Assembly: GCA_052426225.1 (NCBI GenBank)
Contig: JBNJNM010000010.1
Span: 248,001-312,000, forward strand
DNA from: Zancudomyces culisetae HAW-14-8
Taxonomy: Eukaryota; Fungi; Kickxellomycota
Reading direction: 5' to 3'
Length of the DNA stretch: 64,000 nt
Shown: piece by piece, positions 61,587 to 64,000 of the stretch
How positions within the stretch are numbered: the first letter of the stretch is position 1
How the letters are laid out: each line of letters starts with the position of its first letter
Made by a program: the position numbers and the translations under genes
The notes under the pieces: model-generated
What the model saw: only the letters and a program-made list of their open reading frames with translations
Databases searched by the model: none
Told to the model about the DNA's origin: nothing

Positions 61587-64000
61587 ATGATTAAAAAATG
61601 GGTGTTGCTAATACTATCTATTGCAACATATTTGCTGGGTCTGGGTCTATATTCTAAGGGTTTTTTCACATTTAAAAAAACGATCCCGGGAAAATCTGAC
61701 TGGCAAACTTTTGTAGATGATGGAATTGAATTGCGTTCGCCTGCCGATATTCCAAAACCCAAGTACGACAAGCTGGTAATAATGGTTGTCGATGCACTGA
61801 GAAAGTAAGTTGTGTCATGCTGTTGTCTTTTTTTTTGATTACTTTACATGAAATATGTATGACATAAACAAAACTTGATGGAAAAAAAAATAGCGACTTT
61901 GTCTTTGGTGAAAACTCACAAATGGAGTATACGAGGCAGCTAATGAGGGATGGAAAAGCGATAGGTTTTACAGCGCTAGCACGAGAACCAACGGTCACAA
62001 TGCCCAGACTAAAGGCACTCATGACGGGGATGATTCCTGGGTTTATGGATGCGGTGCTTAATTTAGTAGAAACACAGCAAGCATCTTCAGAGTCTGAAGA
62101 ACAGGAGGACAGCTTGATCTGGCAACTGAAAAATACCGGGAAAAAACGGATTCATATGTATGGAGACGACACTTGGATGCGACTGTTTTCTCCCGAGACA
62201 TTTGCAAAGAGCGATGGAACGACGTCGTTTTATGTGGCAGATACCGTAGAGGTGGACTACAATGTGACGCGACATATTGCGAAGGAAATGTCGACAGAAA
62301 GCCAAAAGGAATGGGATGTGCTTATCCTGCATTACCTGGGGTTGGACCATATTGGACACCTGGAGGGGCCGAACAGTTTGCTGATGGGACCCAAACAAAG
62401 AGAAATGGATCAAGTGGTCAAAGAGATATACGAAAATTCTGGCGAATCTACCCTGATAGTAATGCTCGGAGATCATGGAATGAATCAAAAGGGGAATCAT
62501 GGTGGTGGATCGCTTGAGGAGATTTCTACAGGAATGGTGTTTATGTCATCAGGGCTGAATACAGCATCTCACTGGAGTAAAAAAAACGCAAATTTAGATG
62601 CAAACACAAACATGAATGGAAAAACAATTGATACCCGAGTTATTGACCAGACAGACTTAGTCCCTACGCTGAGTTTGCTGATGGGCGTACCAATTCCCCA
62701 AAATAGTCTGGGAATTCCTATTCCTGAGCTGTTTGAAGGGTACAAACTTCAAGATCAGGTGAAAATATATGAAATAGGCGCAATCCAAATTAATCGAGTA
62801 ATCGAGGCCACAATACCTTCAACTATTCTCGCTGATGTTACTGCTACAGGCGTTGAAGGAGGAATTGCTGGTCGACCAAAAGTAGATATGCGCTTGCTAG
62901 AATACTGTGGGGTTCCTGATTCTGACGGAAATATCAGTAATCCTGGTATTGCTGAAAAAAATGATATGTTAGAGTGTTTATATTGGAGAACACGGTATTT
63001 ACACCAAGGACTAGCAGAGAATCGCTATCAAGAGAATACACAAATTATACAGAATAATATAATAGAGGGTTATAGGAATTATGGAATCAACGCTCGTGAG
63101 AAATTGTCGAGGATATTTAGTGGATACAAACTGGACTATATGCTCGCTGGAATGCTCGTAGTGTTTACTAGTTTGATATTATTTTTGGTGAATGGATTTT
63201 ATAAGATGGTTAGTGGCAGAGGTGGAGATAGAGATAACCAGGTTCAGAACAGCAGTATAACCGGAACTACCAGAGGTGGTGTAAATACGCAACATAAAAT
63301 CACAACCAAGACCAAAGCTAAAGCCACGTGCAGGACCAAGATCAAATCGGTTGAAGTGGTTTTGGCACTTGTTTTGGGAACGGTGAGCATAGCCATGTAT
63401 GCATCATCGTTTATTGAAGAAGAGCACATGATTTGGTTCTTTTTGGCACAAAGTGTATTAATGTTTGATATATTCTGTATAGCAAAGGAGCCGACTGTTG
63501 CTGATACAGAGGCTGGTAACACCAGCAGCATCAAAAAGCGCAGAATATTGTCTATTGTTGGGATAATGACAGTATTGAGAGTAATAAAACTGTGGACATC
63601 TAATGGTGTAAAATGGGCAAGTGCTGAAGACGCATTCAACAACGAGAACTATTATGTAACAAAACTGATAAAAGCATACTTGTTTTATATATCTAACACT
63701 GGTAATAGTGACAAGACAATGGCAGCGGTGGCGGTGGAAGAAAAAATAGTTGTGTATCTTGTCTACTCGCTCTGCGTTATGGTATTGTTTCCAAGCATCG
63801 TTTATTTTATCCAAGTCAGAAAGTATCCTAGCGTATTTGGACATGTTCTAACGACAACTCAAGAACAGGGGCAAATAATGCAGGATCGGAATCGAGACCA
63901 GAATAAACATCAACTTAGATATCACGCTGATGTCTACAAATACTACAAAATCACAATCAACTTACAACGGCTACTCAGGGCAGGTATTATGTATGCCAGC
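61587..64000 (+). CDS. GPI7: GPI ethanolamine-phosphate transferase 2 (GPI7/PIG-G); 3' end truncated by the window; intron 61805-61893
   Basis: N-terminal TM segment, MVVDALR|NDFV, PTVTMPRLKALMTG, YGDDTW, LHYLGLDHIGH, GDHGMN..GNHGG, QTDLVPTL and SSFIEEEH. The TVT.PR and LHYLGLDHIGH motifs favour PIG-G over PIG-O. Confidence 0.92.

Overview
AT-rich, gene-dense eukaryotic (fungal) genomic DNA with short GT-AG introns. The gene style suggests an early-diverging fungus, possibly Kickxellomycotina/Harpellales-like; this is inference only. About 21 protein-coding genes can be reconstructed by hand: CK2 beta (partial), Ras, a MEF2-type MADS-box factor, AMP deaminase, a coiled-coil protein with a degenerate CM1 motif, ArfGAP Gcs1, a histidine acid phosphatase, mitoribosomal mL38/PEBP, an RGG/prion-like protein, ILV2, a hotdog thioesterase, two ILV6 paralogues, a tandem-CCCH protein, a HAUS5-like protein, centrin, ALKBH7, Prp2/DHX16, an NCE101-like microprotein, TAF7 and GPI7 (partial). 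No transposon, tRNA, rRNA or CRISPR array was recognised. The top lead is a non-coding segment at about 4490-5410, just downstream of Ras, with telomerase-RNA-like architecture: a TAACCCTAA template, a helix ending right at the template, a U-rich pseudoknot, a core-enclosing helix and an Sm site. Other leads are an ILV2 plus two ILV6 neighbourhood with divergent valine-sensing residues, and three co-located microtubule-nucleation genes (HAUS5-like head-to-head with centrin, plus the CM1 protein). All homology calls and base pairings were made by eye and need computational confirmation.
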